Assembly (NCBI GenBank): GCA_964019335.1 | Contig: OZ025668.1 | Coordinates: forward strand, 638,525-702,524 | Direction: 5' to 3' | From: Diplonema japonicum | Lineage: Eukaryota > Protista > Euglenozoa: Diplonemea | DNA: 64,000 nt | Shown: piece by piece, positions 1 to 11,307 of the stretch | Position numbering within the stretch: position 1 is the stretch's first letter | Layout of the letters: every line of letters starts with the position of its first letter | Translations under genes and position numbers: made by a program | Notes under the pieces: generated by a model | The model's database searches: none | Told to the model about the DNA's origin: nothing | Seen by the model: only the letters and a program-made list of their open reading frames with translations

Positions 1-42
<42 letters not shown>

Positions 43-345
43 GGTGGACGTTTGAGCGTGCACCGTGCGGAACAAAAAAAATTTTTACTTTTTCTTTTTT
101 TTTTTTTTTTCTTTTTGTGGTTTTTTTTTTTTTTTTTTTTTTTTTTTTGTGCTTTTTTTTTTTTTTTTTGTTCGTTCCTTCTTGGTTTCTCTTTTTTGTT
201 TTTTCTCGCTTTTTTTTTTTTTTTTTTTTTCCTTCACTTCTTTTCTCACCCGATGTTAATGTGGTTAACGCGAGGGGAGAAAAAAATAAAGCGTATGCAG
301 GAATGTCGTGGGGGGGGGGGGGGGGGGGATGCTTCACCTTTTCAC

Positions 346-897
346 CTACATATAATAGCAGGAAAGGAACTCAATGGTAGGATACCCCGAGTAGGGCTCA
401 TCCTCTGAGGACACAGTAGATGAGGACTCCTCTAGATCAGAGTGTTCCGGCGTGGCAAAGGAAGGAAGGGGTGTAGCATTGGAAGGGCAAGGCGCTGAGA
501 TGTAAGGGTAGCAAACAGTGATCAAATACTTGACGATGTCATTAAGAACAGGGTGGGCTCCGTTAATGTCGAAGTGCAAAGTAGCACAGGCCGTATCAAT
601 CATACTGGGCACGTCACTGGCTGTGAGTGCCCTGCCACACATCTTGCTGATCTCTGAGGCAACCATGTCGCCACCTCCTTCCTTCTCGATTTCCTTGAAC
701 GCTGTCTTCAGCCCCTGGACAAGCGTCTTCTTATCCTTCAGCATCAGGTTTGGCATCACTCCCAGCACACCTGCGTAGTGGTCCTCCAGGTGGCCGTAGA
801 TACAGTCCACAAAGGTACAAGTCCTCTTCATAACAAACCTGCACCACCTCGAGATCGGGGCCTGTGGGCTGGTCGTGGTCTGCTCCGTGATTGTCAT
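346..897 (-). CDS. CCCH zinc-finger protein (putative RNA-binding)
   Basis: 183-aa ORF with CRFVMKRTCTFVDCIYGH = C-x7-C-x4-C-x3-H near the N-terminus; same strand as the gene array. Confidence 0.6.
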   Translation of the reverse strand: MTITEQTTTSPQAPISRWCRFVMKRTCTFVDCIYGHLEDHYAGVLGVMPNLMLKDKKTLVQGLKTAFKEIEKEGGGDMVASEISKMCGRALTASDVPSMIDTACATLHFDINGAHPVLNDIVKYLITVCYPYISAPCPSNATPLPSFATPEHSDLEESSSTVSSEDEPYSGYPTIEFLSCYYM

Positions 898-908
898 TTT
901 GTTAAAGT

Positions 909-949
<41 letters not shown>

Positions 950-1274
950 AATTAAAATACGGGAAGCAGCTGTGTGAGTGATGTTGGGATGAAGAAAAAA
1001 TAAAAGAGAGAGAAGAGAGAGTTTTTTTTTTCCCCAACACCGCTTATCTGCAGGAGAGGGGAAAAAAGGGGGGGAGACAGAGCAGCTATATTGTGGTAGT
1101 TGTTCGTTGTCTCGAAAGGAGGGATCACACTGCTTACTTTTTTTTCCATTCTTTTTTTTTTTTTTTTTAAATTTAACTTGCACATTGTCTTTCTTGTAGC
1201 ATTTTTCTTCATAAAACGTTTGTTCCAATGGCCTCCTTCTCGCTGTGGTGCCCACTCTTCCTTCTCTCCCCTCA

Positions 1275-2492
1275 TCACAGCTTTGAAGAGGGTTCGGAGA
1301 CGCGCTCGATGATAGTGGCGTTAGCTGTGCCGCCTCCCTCGCAGATGGCCTGGATGCCGTACCTGCCGCCTGTCCTCTCGAGGGCGTTGACGAGGGTGGT
1401 CATGCAGCGGGTGCCTGTGGAGCCGAGGGCGTGGCCGAGGGCGATGGCGCCGCCGTTGACGTTGAGCTTCGCGGGGTCGCCCTTGAGGGCCTTCAGCCAG
1501 GCGACGGGGACCGGGGCGAAGGCCTCGTTCACCTCGTACAGGTCCATGTCGTTGATGGTGAGGCCGCTCTTCGCGAGCGCCGTCTGCGACGCCGGGATGG
1601 GCCCCTCCAGCATGACGATCGGGTCGCTCCCCGCGAGGGCCAGCGTCACGATCTTCGCCCGCGGTTTCAACCCGTACTTCGCGAGCGCCTTCTCGTTGCA
1701 GACCAGGACCGCGGACGCCGCGTCCGTGATCTGGCTGCTCGTCGCCGCCGTCACCATCCCCCCGGGAGCCAGCACCTTCAGCTTCTGCAGCGCCTCCACC
1801 GTCGAGGTCGGGCGAATCCCCTCGTCCTTGTCCACCACCACCTTCTCCCCCGTCTTCGGGTTCGTCCCCAGCACCGGCACGATCTCCCTCTTGAAGGCTC
1901 CCTCCGCCGTCGCCCGCGCCGCCTTCTGGTGGCTCGCCGCCCCGAACGCGTCCAGCTCCGCCCTCTCCAACCCGTACTTCTTCCCCAGAAGCTCCGCTCC
2001 CCCGAACTGCGACGGCATCGTCATCTTCCCATCCTTCGAGTAGGTCCCCTGGAACCCCTCCGAGGCGAAAGGGTTCCCCCTCTTCGCCTTCAGCCCGTCC
2101 GCGATGTTCGACCCGATCGGCACCAACGACATCACCTCCACCCCCGCCGCGATCACCACGTCCTGCGTCCCGCTCATCACGGCCTGCGCCGCGAAGTGCA
2201 GCGCCTGCTGCGAGCTCCCGCACTGCCTGTCCACCGTCGTCCCAGGAACAGTCTCAGGAAGCACCTTGCTCGACAGCACCATCGTCCGCCCGATGTTCCC
2301 CGCCTGCGACCCGATCTGGCTCACACACCCCACCACCACGTCGTCCACAGCAGCAGGCGGCACCCCGGAGCGCATCACAACCTCGTCCAGCACCTTCGCC
2401 CCCAGGTCCGCAGGGTGCCACCCGGACAGCTGACCCTTCTTCTTCCCCCCTGCAGTCCGCACGCACTCAACAATGTAGGCTGTGTGGGGCAT
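1275..2492 (-). CDS. Acetyl-CoA acyltransferase (thiolase), peroxisomal/glycosomal (PTS1)
   Basis: Thiolase motifs DRQCGSSQQ (active Cys), VNEAFA, GGAIALGH, CEGGG; C-terminal -SKL; intronless. Confidence 0.95.
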   Translation of the reverse strand: MPHTAYIVECVRTAGGKKKGQLSGWHPADLGAKVLDEVVMRSGVPPAAVDDVVVGCVSQIGSQAGNIGRTMVLSSKVLPETVPGTTVDRQCGSSQQALHFAAQAVMSGTQDVVIAAGVEVMSLVPIGSNIADGLKAKRGNPFASEGFQGTYSKDGKMTMPSQFGGAELLGKKYGLERAELDAFGAASHQKAARATAEGAFKREIVPVLGTNPKTGEKVVVDKDEGIRPTSTVEALQKLKVLAPGGMVTAATSSQITDAASAVLVCNEKALAKYGLKPRAKIVTLALAGSDPIVMLEGPIPASQTALAKSGLTINDMDLYEVNEAFAPVPVAWLKALKGDPAKLNVNGGAIALGHALGSTGTRCMTTLVNALERTGGRYGIQAICEGGGTANATIIERVSEPSSKL

Positions 2493-2587
2493 GTTGTGTC
2501 GTGTTAGTTAGCTGGTGACAGTTAGCGGTGAGATAGGAAGGCAAAGAAAAGGCAAGCTTAAAGTTGGTTCAAGTTCACTGTTTTACT

Positions 2588-2618
<31 letters not shown>

Positions 2619-3289
2619 TGAGTTCTCCAGACGCAGGAACTGAGCAGCACCACCACCTGGACTGGCTGCCAAGGAACAGTCTACAGAATGAAAAAAGAAT
2701 GAAGAAACGAATGAAGAGAAGAATGAAGAGAAGAATGAAGAGAAGAATACAACAAAGGAAAAAGAGAGAACAAAACCATCCACCCGGCCCATATAAATTA
2801 TCGCAGGGCACAATAGCGAATAAGAGAAAGACAGCAGAGCACGTGAAGTGAGTGCTCGAGCAAGACGGGGTGCAACAGTCGCAAATTAGTTTCTTGGTAA
2901 AAAGAATTTCTCGCAGCTTGAAACACATCAACATTTCTTTCTTTCTTCGGTTTCGTTTGGTAAAAGGAAAACACTAAACTAGAACTGTACTGAACTGAGC
3001 TAAAATGTGGTGGGAAATGGGGAGTTATTCTTTAGTATTCACCCCCGCCTCCCATTTTTCAAACGGTTGCCCTTTTAGATTTTTTTTTTTTTCTCTCGCA
3101 CAGTGGCCTCCCTTTACTGTAACAACAAGTGGTTATTTTATTCAACAAAGGAGAAGAACCATATTTCAGGTCCAAAAAAAAAAATCGTTAAAACTTGTTT
3201 CTTTTTTTTTAACGGGGGTGGGGTGGTGTAGGGTGGTGAGAAGCGTTTGCATCCCATCGAGGGGCCAGAAGAAACCCACCATCGCACTT

Positions 3290-5239
3290 CTAAACATTGA
3301 TACAGGACCGTATCTCCTCGACAGGCATACCCAGTTCCTGAAAGGCAGAGGCCTTCTGGGAGAGGAGGGTCTTGAGGTGTGGGCGTATATTCGAATCTTC
3401 GTCCTTCATGATGGTGCCATGCTTCGATTGAGAAAGGACATAGGCCACGAGTGCAGGGACATAGGAAGGGTCGTACTCCGGTAGCTGTATGCTGGGGTCT
3501 GTGATGTCGCCAGCAAGGCCTAAGGGGCAGTACGAACTGTCGCCACCAATGTCGTACTGCTTGTCGTGGATGAAGGTGTGCCTCATCGTTGTGAACAAGA
3601 GAAGGTATCTACAGAGCTGCGTCAGGTTCTCGATGTTCTTTGCTCTGTTCTCAGGAGTGATGGTTTGGTCAGTCGTGATGGGCGACACCGCCGCCTGCTG
3701 CCCCAGCTTGTTCACCCCTCTTGGTGATGTTGTTTTGTTCAACTCATTCTCATCCTGCCACCCCTCCCCTGGCTCCTTGTACGCCACGCTGTTCAGCACT
3801 AGCTCGTCGGAGAACATCTTGACCTCCGCCCACTCTCGCTCGATCCCATCCTGGTGCTCTTTAATATAACACTCCACATATTCCCCCGCAATTTCCCAGA
3901 ATAAACACTGCAGCCTTGCGAACTTGTGTCCCTCGTATATCGGGTCCCTTGGGGAGAACCCATGCCAGTTCAGCTCCCCGAATGCACGATGGATCATGTC
4001 ATGACACGCGCCAGGTGCTGGGGGAGCATGCTCCCTGAAGATCCCTGTATCGTTGGTAAGGGTGGCGTCCGCGATCTTGTTGATGCTCACAGTGCCCTGT
4101 TTGTGTGGCGAGAGGAGCGCGAAGATGGGGTTCAGCCTCACATGCTTGAAGAAGGGCACCACATATTGCTCGATGTTGAAGTGGCACGTCCCGAGGTGCG
4201 TCACAATCTGCCCGACCATCAAGTAACTTGTTCTGAATAGTAGCTTCACTCTGCCCCACATGTCGCTGTCGCCGTCTGCTGTGTGCACTTCCGGTTCCTT
4301 CGCGTACATCGCATCGGGACTTGATTGGAAGCCTCCTACCCGCTTTGTGATGTGCACCTCCTCCAGTGTGAAGGCACCTCCTGCCAGTTTGAAGTATCCT
4401 GCAACGTTGGGTCCCCAGAATCCATCGACACTTACACCCTCGTACGCGAACTCGGCGCAATACCTACCCGAAGCGTCTTTCTTCAGCAGGACCGGGTTGA
4501 AACCGTTGAGCACCAGCTCCCCGTGGAAGGTGTCCGACGTAGTGGAGCCAGGTTGGGCTGCCTCCATCTTCATGGTGTAGTTCTCAGGTAGGCCACCCAA
4601 GGTTGACCCGAGCTTTTTAAGCACCGTGACGACGTTGCCCATGTCGGTGTCCTGCACAAGCTCGTCGCCGGGCCCGTGGTCTGCCCTTGGTGTCGGCCAT
4701 TCACTTCTGTCAGCGTACTCCCACAGGTGTGCCTTCACGTCGCCCACGTTGACGTTGTCGGTGACATTGTGCATCGTCGTCACCGTCTTTGGAGCTTTGG
4801 AGAAGCGTTGGACCAGCACCCCTTCTCTGGTGTACCTTGTCTTCGGGAGGAAGGCCTCTATCTTGAGGTCCGGTTTGTCCAGAAGCCCTGCTGAGGAGGG
4901 GTCGTAAGTCAAGCAAAAGTTCCCGTCACTGTCCGTGACACCCTCCCCCAGCCTGTCGTCCAAGACGAGGTCATCGTCAAACAGCTTCAGCTTCAAGTTA
5001 CCTATGGGCTTGCCTGCTAAATCGACGACCCTCCCCTGCACAGACTGCTGCTTCTTCCCCTCCCTTATCACTTCTGACGCAGACGCCACCACTATGGCGG
5101 GGTTTGAAAAGTTCTGTTTGCCGCCAGGAGGCTGGGGCTGATTCTCCTTCGGAGGCTTTGCTGCTGGTTGCTGTTGCTTTTTTGTGTCTTTTTCCGGCGG
5201 TTGCTGCTGTTGCCCTTGCTTGCCACAAGCTCCACCCAT
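3290..5239 (-). CDS. Lipoxygenase-family dioxygenase with N-terminal acylation motif and transthyretin-like beta-sandwich
   Basis: Metal-ligand motifs HLGTCH, NPIFALLSPH, HTFIHDKQ and C-terminal SCINV; likely start MGGACGK at 5239. Confidence 0.75.
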   Translation of the reverse strand: MGGACGKQGQQQQPPEKDTKKQQQPAAKPPKENQPQPPGGKQNFSNPAIVVASASEVIREGKKQQSVQGRVVDLAGKPIGNLKLKLFDDDLVLDDRLGEGVTDSDGNFCLTYDPSSAGLLDKPDLKIEAFLPKTRYTREGVLVQRFSKAPKTVTTMHNVTDNVNVGDVKAHLWEYADRSEWPTPRADHGPGDELVQDTDMGNVVTVLKKLGSTLGGLPENYTMKMEAAQPGSTTSDTFHGELVLNGFNPVLLKKDASGRYCAEFAYEGVSVDGFWGPNVAGYFKLAGGAFTLEEVHITKRVGGFQSSPDAMYAKEPEVHTADGDSDMWGRVKLLFRTSYLMVGQIVTHLGTCHFNIEQYVVPFFKHVRLNPIFALLSPHKQGTVSINKIADATLTNDTGIFREHAPPAPGACHDMIHRAFGELNWHGFSPRDPIYEGHKFARLQCLFWEIAGEYVECYIKEHQDGIEREWAEVKMFSDELVLNSVAYKEPGEGWQDENELNKTTSPRGVNKLGQQAAVSPITTDQTITPENRAKNIENLTQLCRYLLLFTTMRHTFIHDKQYDIGGDSSYCPLGLAGDITDPSIQLPEYDPSYVPALVAYVLSQSKHGTIMKDEDSNIRPHLKTLLSQKASAFQELGMPVEEIRSCINV

Positions 5240-5316
5240 CTCAAAAGGGATGCCTGTTTCTCTAAGTGAGTAACTGACCAACGTGTAAAAAATATTATAA
5301 AAAGAAGTAAAAAATA

Positions 5317-6201
5317 CTATTTCTTTATCGCAATGCTACCAACCCCCTCATCGCTACTCTCGCTTGCCTCTCGATCCTTTACCTTCAACATTTTTTCGAA
5401 CGCGTCTTTGCTTGTCGTGTGTTTGGGTGTTGGTTGTGCAGCTACAGGTGCATCTGCTGCTCGGCTTCTCTTCACATCACTGAGAGGCTCTTCACAAAAA
5501 AGCTGCCTTTTAGTAGAAGGTGCACTAGAGACGAAGGGGACAGGGACGGAGGCAGGGGCAGATACGACAACCTTCTTTGGAGGTTCCTGAGAAGCTTTTG
5601 AGGTGATCAACGGTGCTGTGAAGACAGCACGGAGATACTCGATCTTGCCAGTGCCAATGCCGGGTATGCCGGCTAGGGACTTGGCTGGCGTTTCAGTGAG
5701 TGTGGCGATGTTGTTGTAGGTGGCAAGGAGCGTCTCTGCATCCTTCTTGCGGAGGGGCTTCATGTGTGCTGTAAGAATACTTACAGGGGTTTCATCCTGT
5801 CCCTGATCCTGCCATTTCTTGAGCTTCTCCCGGTGATGGGTCTTCTTCCTAATTCCCTCTATCCACCTCGCGCACTCAGCGAAGTCCCACGCCACTAGCA
5901 GCCTCAGGCCGTACCGGAAGCACAGCTTGTTGATTTCTTCCATGCCCCCCATCCCCGATTCGTCCTTTGCATCGTACATGCACACAAGGCATCCCTGCCC
6001 CCCTCCAGCCACACTGCGTAGCTTCCCCTCTAGGTACCCACTCTTCGTCATGTGGTACCTCACTGTCACGAACAGCACCCCTGTACCAGCACTCGCTACG
6101 TAGTAGTCCCAGTTCATCGGGTGGTCCCGTTGGATAGGTTGAGACAAACTCTTCAACAAAGGGTTCCCATTCTGACTGGGGCTGGCCTGCACCAACGACA
6201 T
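5317..6201 (-). CDS. ERCC1: DNA excision repair protein ERCC1/Rad10
   Basis: QNGNPLL, DYYV, VLFVTVRYH, LLVAWDFAECARWIE and HhH motif LAGIPGIG. Confidence 0.85.
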   Translation of the reverse strand: MSLVQASPSQNGNPLLKSLSQPIQRDHPMNWDYYVASAGTGVLFVTVRYHMTKSGYLEGKLRSVAGGGQGCLVCMYDAKDESGMGGMEEINKLCFRYGLRLLVAWDFAECARWIEGIRKKTHHREKLKKWQDQGQDETPVSILTAHMKPLRKKDAETLLATYNNIATLTETPAKSLAGIPGIGTGKIEYLRAVFTAPLITSKASQEPPKKVVVSAPASVPVPFVSSAPSTKRQLFCEEPLSDVKRSRAADAPVAAQPTPKHTTSKDAFEKMLKVKDREASESSDEGVGSIAIKK

Positions 6202-6434
6202 GTGCCCTCTGGCTTCCCCCTTTTAGTATAGTGCTACAATCGGACAGAAGGGAACTTGGAGGTGCGGCGAGAAGTTGTGCTCCACACTGCACGGCTGGTG
6301 GGTCCCATTAACGAACGACTTTGCTCTTGCAAAAAAAAAATGAAAAAGGAGCCACTCCAAAGAACGAACACTGAAGGAAAGTAACTCTTGGAGAAGAAAG
6401 AAAAGACTAAAAAAAAAATGCAATATGGTGTTGC

Positions 6435-6766
6435 TCATTCTGGTGTGTCTTTGACTGGATCGCGAGCGATTACGAGCGTATGGCCTGCGTGTGTGTGTGT
6501 GTAAAGGAAGTCGTACCATGTTCTTTTCTAAGGAATATTGTTCGCTGGTCCGTGGAGATGCACACCACCCCTGGTTCCCTATTAGGAGCCAGGCTCGCCG
6601 CTGCCGTAGCCAAACTACTCATCATTTCCTCCTTTCCGATGGGCCCCATGCCCGCCCGATTCTTTCTTGCAAGCAGCAGCCCGCAAGGGTCCACCAACGC
6701 CGCCCCCTGCACGCTCGCGTCGGAGGTAATAATATTCTGCAGCGAATCCTTCAACCCTGACTCCAT
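6435..6766 (-). CDS. LAMTOR5: Ragulator subunit LAMTOR5/HBXIP-like; 32-nt intron at 6485-6516
   Basis: Roadblock-like sequence VQGAALVDPCGLLL...SLATAAASL...VVCIST; removing GTACGA...CGCAG restores EHGHTLVIARD...PE*. Confidence 0.7.
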
Positions 6767-6945
6767 CTTGTGTCCTGCGGTGGTGGTAAAGGGATAGCAA
6801 CAACTCAACAAGTATTTTAGAAAGAAAAACAAAAAACGGTTTATAATTTCCTTCCCTTTTTTTTTTGTCTGTTAAAAATAAATAAAGAAAATAAAAGAAA
6901 AAAACACTACACCCTGCCCCCCGCCTCGTATGGTGTAAAGTGCTG

Positions 6946-7773
6946 CTACATGTCGACAGCCAACTGCCGCCTCACTTCGCTCATGACGCAGTGGAGGACT
7001 TTGCTGAAGCTGTCCTCTGAGGACGTGGCACGGGGTATTGGCATAAGTGCGGGTTTTGTCTCGCGTTTAAATTCGCTTTTCGGTTCGAGCATGGGCATGG
7101 GCATGGGTTCCGGTTCAGCCTTGGCCTTCTTGTGCGGGACGGTGGGGACGTCGTCAGCATCAATATCGATGAAGGTGACTGTGGAGCGGCGGGGTGCGGG
7201 AGGGATGTCGAGGATGCGCTTGCGCACTTTCCGTGGGCTTGGGGTGCATGGCAGCGGTTGGGCAACTGGGGTGGGCTGGTCCTCGGGGGCCTGCGGGATG
7301 TCATACCGCCAGAGCTGAGGCTCCGCAGCAGTACGGGTGACGGTTTCCAGTGTTGCCATTCGTTCGCGCGCCTCGTGTGTCGAACGGTCCTTGTTGAGAA
7401 GGTCCCTAGTGGCCTTGTTGATTCTGTAGACAAGCACCTGGCGGGGGTTCTCTGCACTGCGCACGTTGCCCTGCGATAGAACCGTCTTCAGCACACCTTC
7501 TTGCTGAGAGTTCAGTAGCATCACTGTATCCTCGTCCAAGTCGTTGTCCCTTGCGAACACACTCACAGGCGGGCACAGCGGACCGCCATTCGCAGCCACC
7601 ATCCTTGCCTCAAGCATCGCGCTCGGGTTGATCGCATCGGTCAACGTGCCCTTGCTCATCACCCGTCCCCACAGCTTGCTGTCAAGCCATGTTAAAAACC
7701 TGCTCTTGGCGTTCTCGTCAACCGCCTCTAGGAACAGCGCGACATCAGCTGAGAGGGCAGACGGGCTTTCCAT
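6946..7773 (-). CDS. Hypothetical protein with two tandem ~50-aa repeats (V..F....D......L.......V.S.G......NP...L..R)
   Basis: Probable start MESPSAL at 7773 after a pyrimidine tract and AG; the longer ORF call runs into homopolymer DNA. Confidence 0.6.
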   Translation of the reverse strand: MESPSALSADVALFLEAVDENAKSRFLTWLDSKLWGRVMSKGTLTDAINPSAMLEARMVAANGGPLCPPVSVFARDNDLDEDTVMLLNSQQEGVLKTVLSQGNVRSAENPRQVLVYRINKATRDLLNKDRSTHEARERMATLETVTRTAAEPQLWRYDIPQAPEDQPTPVAQPLPCTPSPRKVRKRILDIPPAPRRSTVTFIDIDADDVPTVPHKKAKAEPEPMPMPMLEPKSEFKRETKPALMPIPRATSSEDSFSKVLHCVMSEVRRQLAVDM

Positions 7774-8963
7774 CACCTGGTCGGTCGTGAAGGCAGGTAG
7801 AGAGTTGACGGAAAGAAGAAGGAAAACAGAGCAATGAAGGAGAAAAAAAAGGGGGGGGGATGGACGTTTGTAAAGAAAAAGGGGGGTGGATAAAAAAGCA
7901 GGGGGATAAAAAAAAATGTCGTTGTAAATATATTTTGGCAAAAGAGATGGATAAGACCGGAGGCCGGAGGTGGGGTATTCCTGCGTAAGGGTTACGAATA
8001 GACCCCGCGCCCCTGAGGTGACAGAACTCATTGCAGCATATATTTTCAAATGATGGTACAGAAAAAAAAAAAAAAAAAAAAGAAGAAGAAAGCCCGGTGA
8101 AATGGTCCTTTTTTTATTTATTTTTTTTACAGCTTTCTTATCAAAAAAAAAAAAAAACTTTTGTGTGATGATCATCAAATTGGCATTGTAGAAAGAGGGG
8201 ATGAGAACAAAACGAAGATGAGGGCGGGGGCGGCTTCTTTTTTTTTCTTTTTTGAAGTAACCCAGCACACTCATGCACCTACATCTTATCCAGTAGCAAC
8301 TGTTACATGAAAGATACCTAAAGAAGAAATGTGGTGTAAGTCTGTAGACAGACTAACAAGCCGATACTCTTCTGTTTTAGGGGAAATGAACAAGGAGAGA
8401 GGCTGCAAGAGGGGGGGGGGGGGGGGGGGTAAGGGATAGGAATGGAGGAGACGCCGAGTTCAGCAATCCTACTACACTTATTTAAAAAGAGAAGAAAAAA
8501 TACACCCCCCCCTGCCATTTAAACCCACTTCCTTTCCTACACCACTCCCAATACCCCATGAAAAAAAAAAGAAATTCATGTTTGTTACTTTATTTTTGTT
8601 AAGACTGCACCCAGAATACAAAAAGCTTTTTTTTTTATCCGAACCTCAACCTCTTACCCAATGAAACCCAGAGGAGTGAGGGAGAAAAGAAAAAAAAGGG
8701 GGGGATGAGGGGGGGGGGGGGGGGGGGAAGAGACAAAAAAAACCGCCTGATCCTTTGAAGAGAAGTGCGAGATAAAAAAAAGGGGGTTTTTTGTCAGGTA
8801 TATCACGAGGGGAGGGGACATAAAACCCCATTTCCTGGCCCTCCTGTCTCCCTGAATAAACCTCCTCTTTAGGTAACCCTCCAGTGGCAATCGAAGCGAA
8901 GGGAAAGGGAATAAAAAACACTTGGGGGGGGGGGGGGGGGGGGATCTTATAAATTTACGGCTT

Positions 8964-9119
8964 TTAAACACCTTCCTCCTTATCATTCGAGCGATAGGCA
9001 TCAATGATATCTTGGACGAAAGTTTGATTTTGCGTTCGGGTGTAGATGGTTTGCGGATTAAGGAAGTCCTGGTTGTCGAAAATGATGCACATGTCAGATC
9101 TGTTGTTGTTGTTGGTAAT

Positions 9120-9154
<35 letters not shown>

Positions 9155-10209
9155 CTTCTTTCCCCCCCACACCTTGTAGGGTCCATGAAGTATGTGATTG
9201 CGCTCATCGCGGACTCCCACTTCTTCCACGTCCCATCGTTCCACCTCCCGTTCTCATGTGCCCTGTTCAATGCTCTAGCACGTGCTTCCTTGTACGACAC
9301 CACAAGGCCGATCACGTCCACACGGTAGCCTTGCGCACGGACATCTTCGACTTCCTTCTTCAGCTTCTCCATATTGGAGCCTGTGCTGGGCAGAATGATA
9401 TTCTTCTTCTCCGATATGGCGTGTTCTAAGAACCGTTTTTTCAGCTTCCGTGTGTAGGGCAGCAGCACGTTGAGCGCCTCTCTGTACCCTGTGGTCTTGT
9501 CGTTGTTCAGTACCGACATCCACCCCTCGTGCTTGTTCCTGAATTCATCGCCATCTATCTCCACGTACTCGTCCAGTTTGATCTGTAGCATCTCTTCTGT
9601 TTTTGGCCGCACTGCCGACTTCCCGGCTGCTGCCGGGCCTATCACAAAGATCGCTCTGGGGTCGATGTCTGTCTGCGGTGGTGCTGAGTTTAAATGAATC
9701 GCCTCCTCGATCGACAGCACCTCCTCTGTGGTGAACTCCCTGTCCACCTTCTGTCTTACGTCTTCGGGCATCTTGTCCTGCCACACTCGGCCTGGTAGGC
9801 ATTTTTTCGTTTTGAAGTCCCAATATATATTCCCGCACGGGTGGTTCACACATGCATGCAAGCCATTGATTGACGACAGCCCCGCCAGTAGTGCGTGGTA
9901 CGCCTTCACCTGCTCCTCTGTTATGAGGTCCTCTGGGCGTTTTGATGTCGACTTCCACACCGACATGGCGTCCTCGTTCTCCCTCCGCGACGCCAGAGCC
10001 AACGAGGTCATCCTCTTCACAGCGAACCACTTCCCCCTTGTGCTGCCTTGCTTGCCCTCCTCGTCGTTGTACCCTTTCCTCCCGCTGCCCCCCACGCTTG
10101 CCGATAGCCTTCTGTCATCTTCTTTCTCACCGAAGTCCGTTTTCTTCACCGGTAGGGTCTGCACTACCTCGTCTTTGCTTTTTTCCTGCACTGGGACTTT
10201 GAATTTCAT
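8964..10209 (-). CDS. Zeta-toxin-like P-loop kinase; 73-nt intron at 9100-9172
   Basis: Walker A GPAAAGKS, IDGDEFR, ARARALNRAHENGR; splicing joins DPTR to SDMCIIFDN. Confidence 0.8.
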
Positions 10210-10349
10210 ATTCCCCTCCCCCCCCTCCCCTGGCTTACTCCCTGCGGTGTCTGCTTGCAGACTGTGAGAAAATATCAGCAATAGCAGACCATGGGCAAGA
10301 GCGCAAGAGGCGCTTTATGACGAAATCAAATATATTGTACAGTGAGCTT

Positions 10350-11049
10350 CTATGACCAGTCAGCCAGGGCATCCCAGCCTTCCTGGGGGGTTTTGTTGAC
10401 TTCCCCATCAGAGCTTTGACCAGGCTCGGCTTCCTGGAGTGTGGTACTAGCATCTGCGCTGAGTTTCTGTTCGAGACAGGCAATTCTTTCCTTCAGGATT
10501 TTGTTCTCGGCACGGGATTCTTTTAGGAGCTTCATCAGTAGCTGCGGGTCGGGTTCTGCGTCCCATTCGCTGGCCTGCTCGTCGAGACTGGCCTTGCTCT
10601 CGATGGTTTTGATAAGTGCTTGCCTGTCGTGATCCCTGTGCGTGTTGTGTTGAGGTTGAGGTTGGAGCATACTTCTTAAGCTCGTCGATCCTGTAGAAGT
10701 ATCTCTCCCAGAAATCGTTTTCCTCTACCTTCTGCGGGCATAACTCTTCATAGAACGTCCTCACCCTTACGCTCTGTTCTAGCACCTCTGCGATTCTCTT
10801 CTTCTGGCTCTCTTCATCCCGCACAGCATGCTCCGCCCATGTCACGTAAGCAATCTCTTCTGTGTCAATCGGTGTCGTGTAATTGCTGACATCCTCCTCG
10901 AATGCCTCTAGCGGGCTGACCCTCTGGTTTTTCTCTTCCTTCCCTTCCGACTCCTTCAGTATGCCTGTCGTGTCTTTCTTCACCACAGTCGCAAACTCCG
11001 TCAAGTCCTTCTCCAGCACCTGCGCCTGGGTCTTCACCCACTGCAGCAT
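10350..11049 (-). CDS. BSD domain-containing protein; 37-nt intron at 10636-10672
   Basis: KDLTEF...D N-terminal motif and YEELCPQKVEENDFWERYFY BSD signature; spliced into the 10350..10670 frame. Confidence 0.8.
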
Positions 11050-11307
11050 GTTGCAATTCCTTCAAGTGGGTTTACTGATGCAACTAATCGTAAACTGAAC
11101 AGGGCTACATTGAGGAAAGACTGCTCGCCAGAATGATGTCAGGGGAGAAAAAAAAACAAAGCGAAAAGAGTCTGAACTTTTTTTTTCCATTCTTATTTTC
11201 ATCGTTGTCCAAATACATAACGCAAATGCAGAGCGAGAACAAGGGGCAAACACAAAACATAGAAAACAGAAGCAAATTTAAGAGGAAATAAATTGAGGAT
11301 GACCTTG

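Noticed and set aside
1228-2507. Long overlapping and antisense ORFs across the thiolase
   Set aside because: Expected by-product of very high GC3
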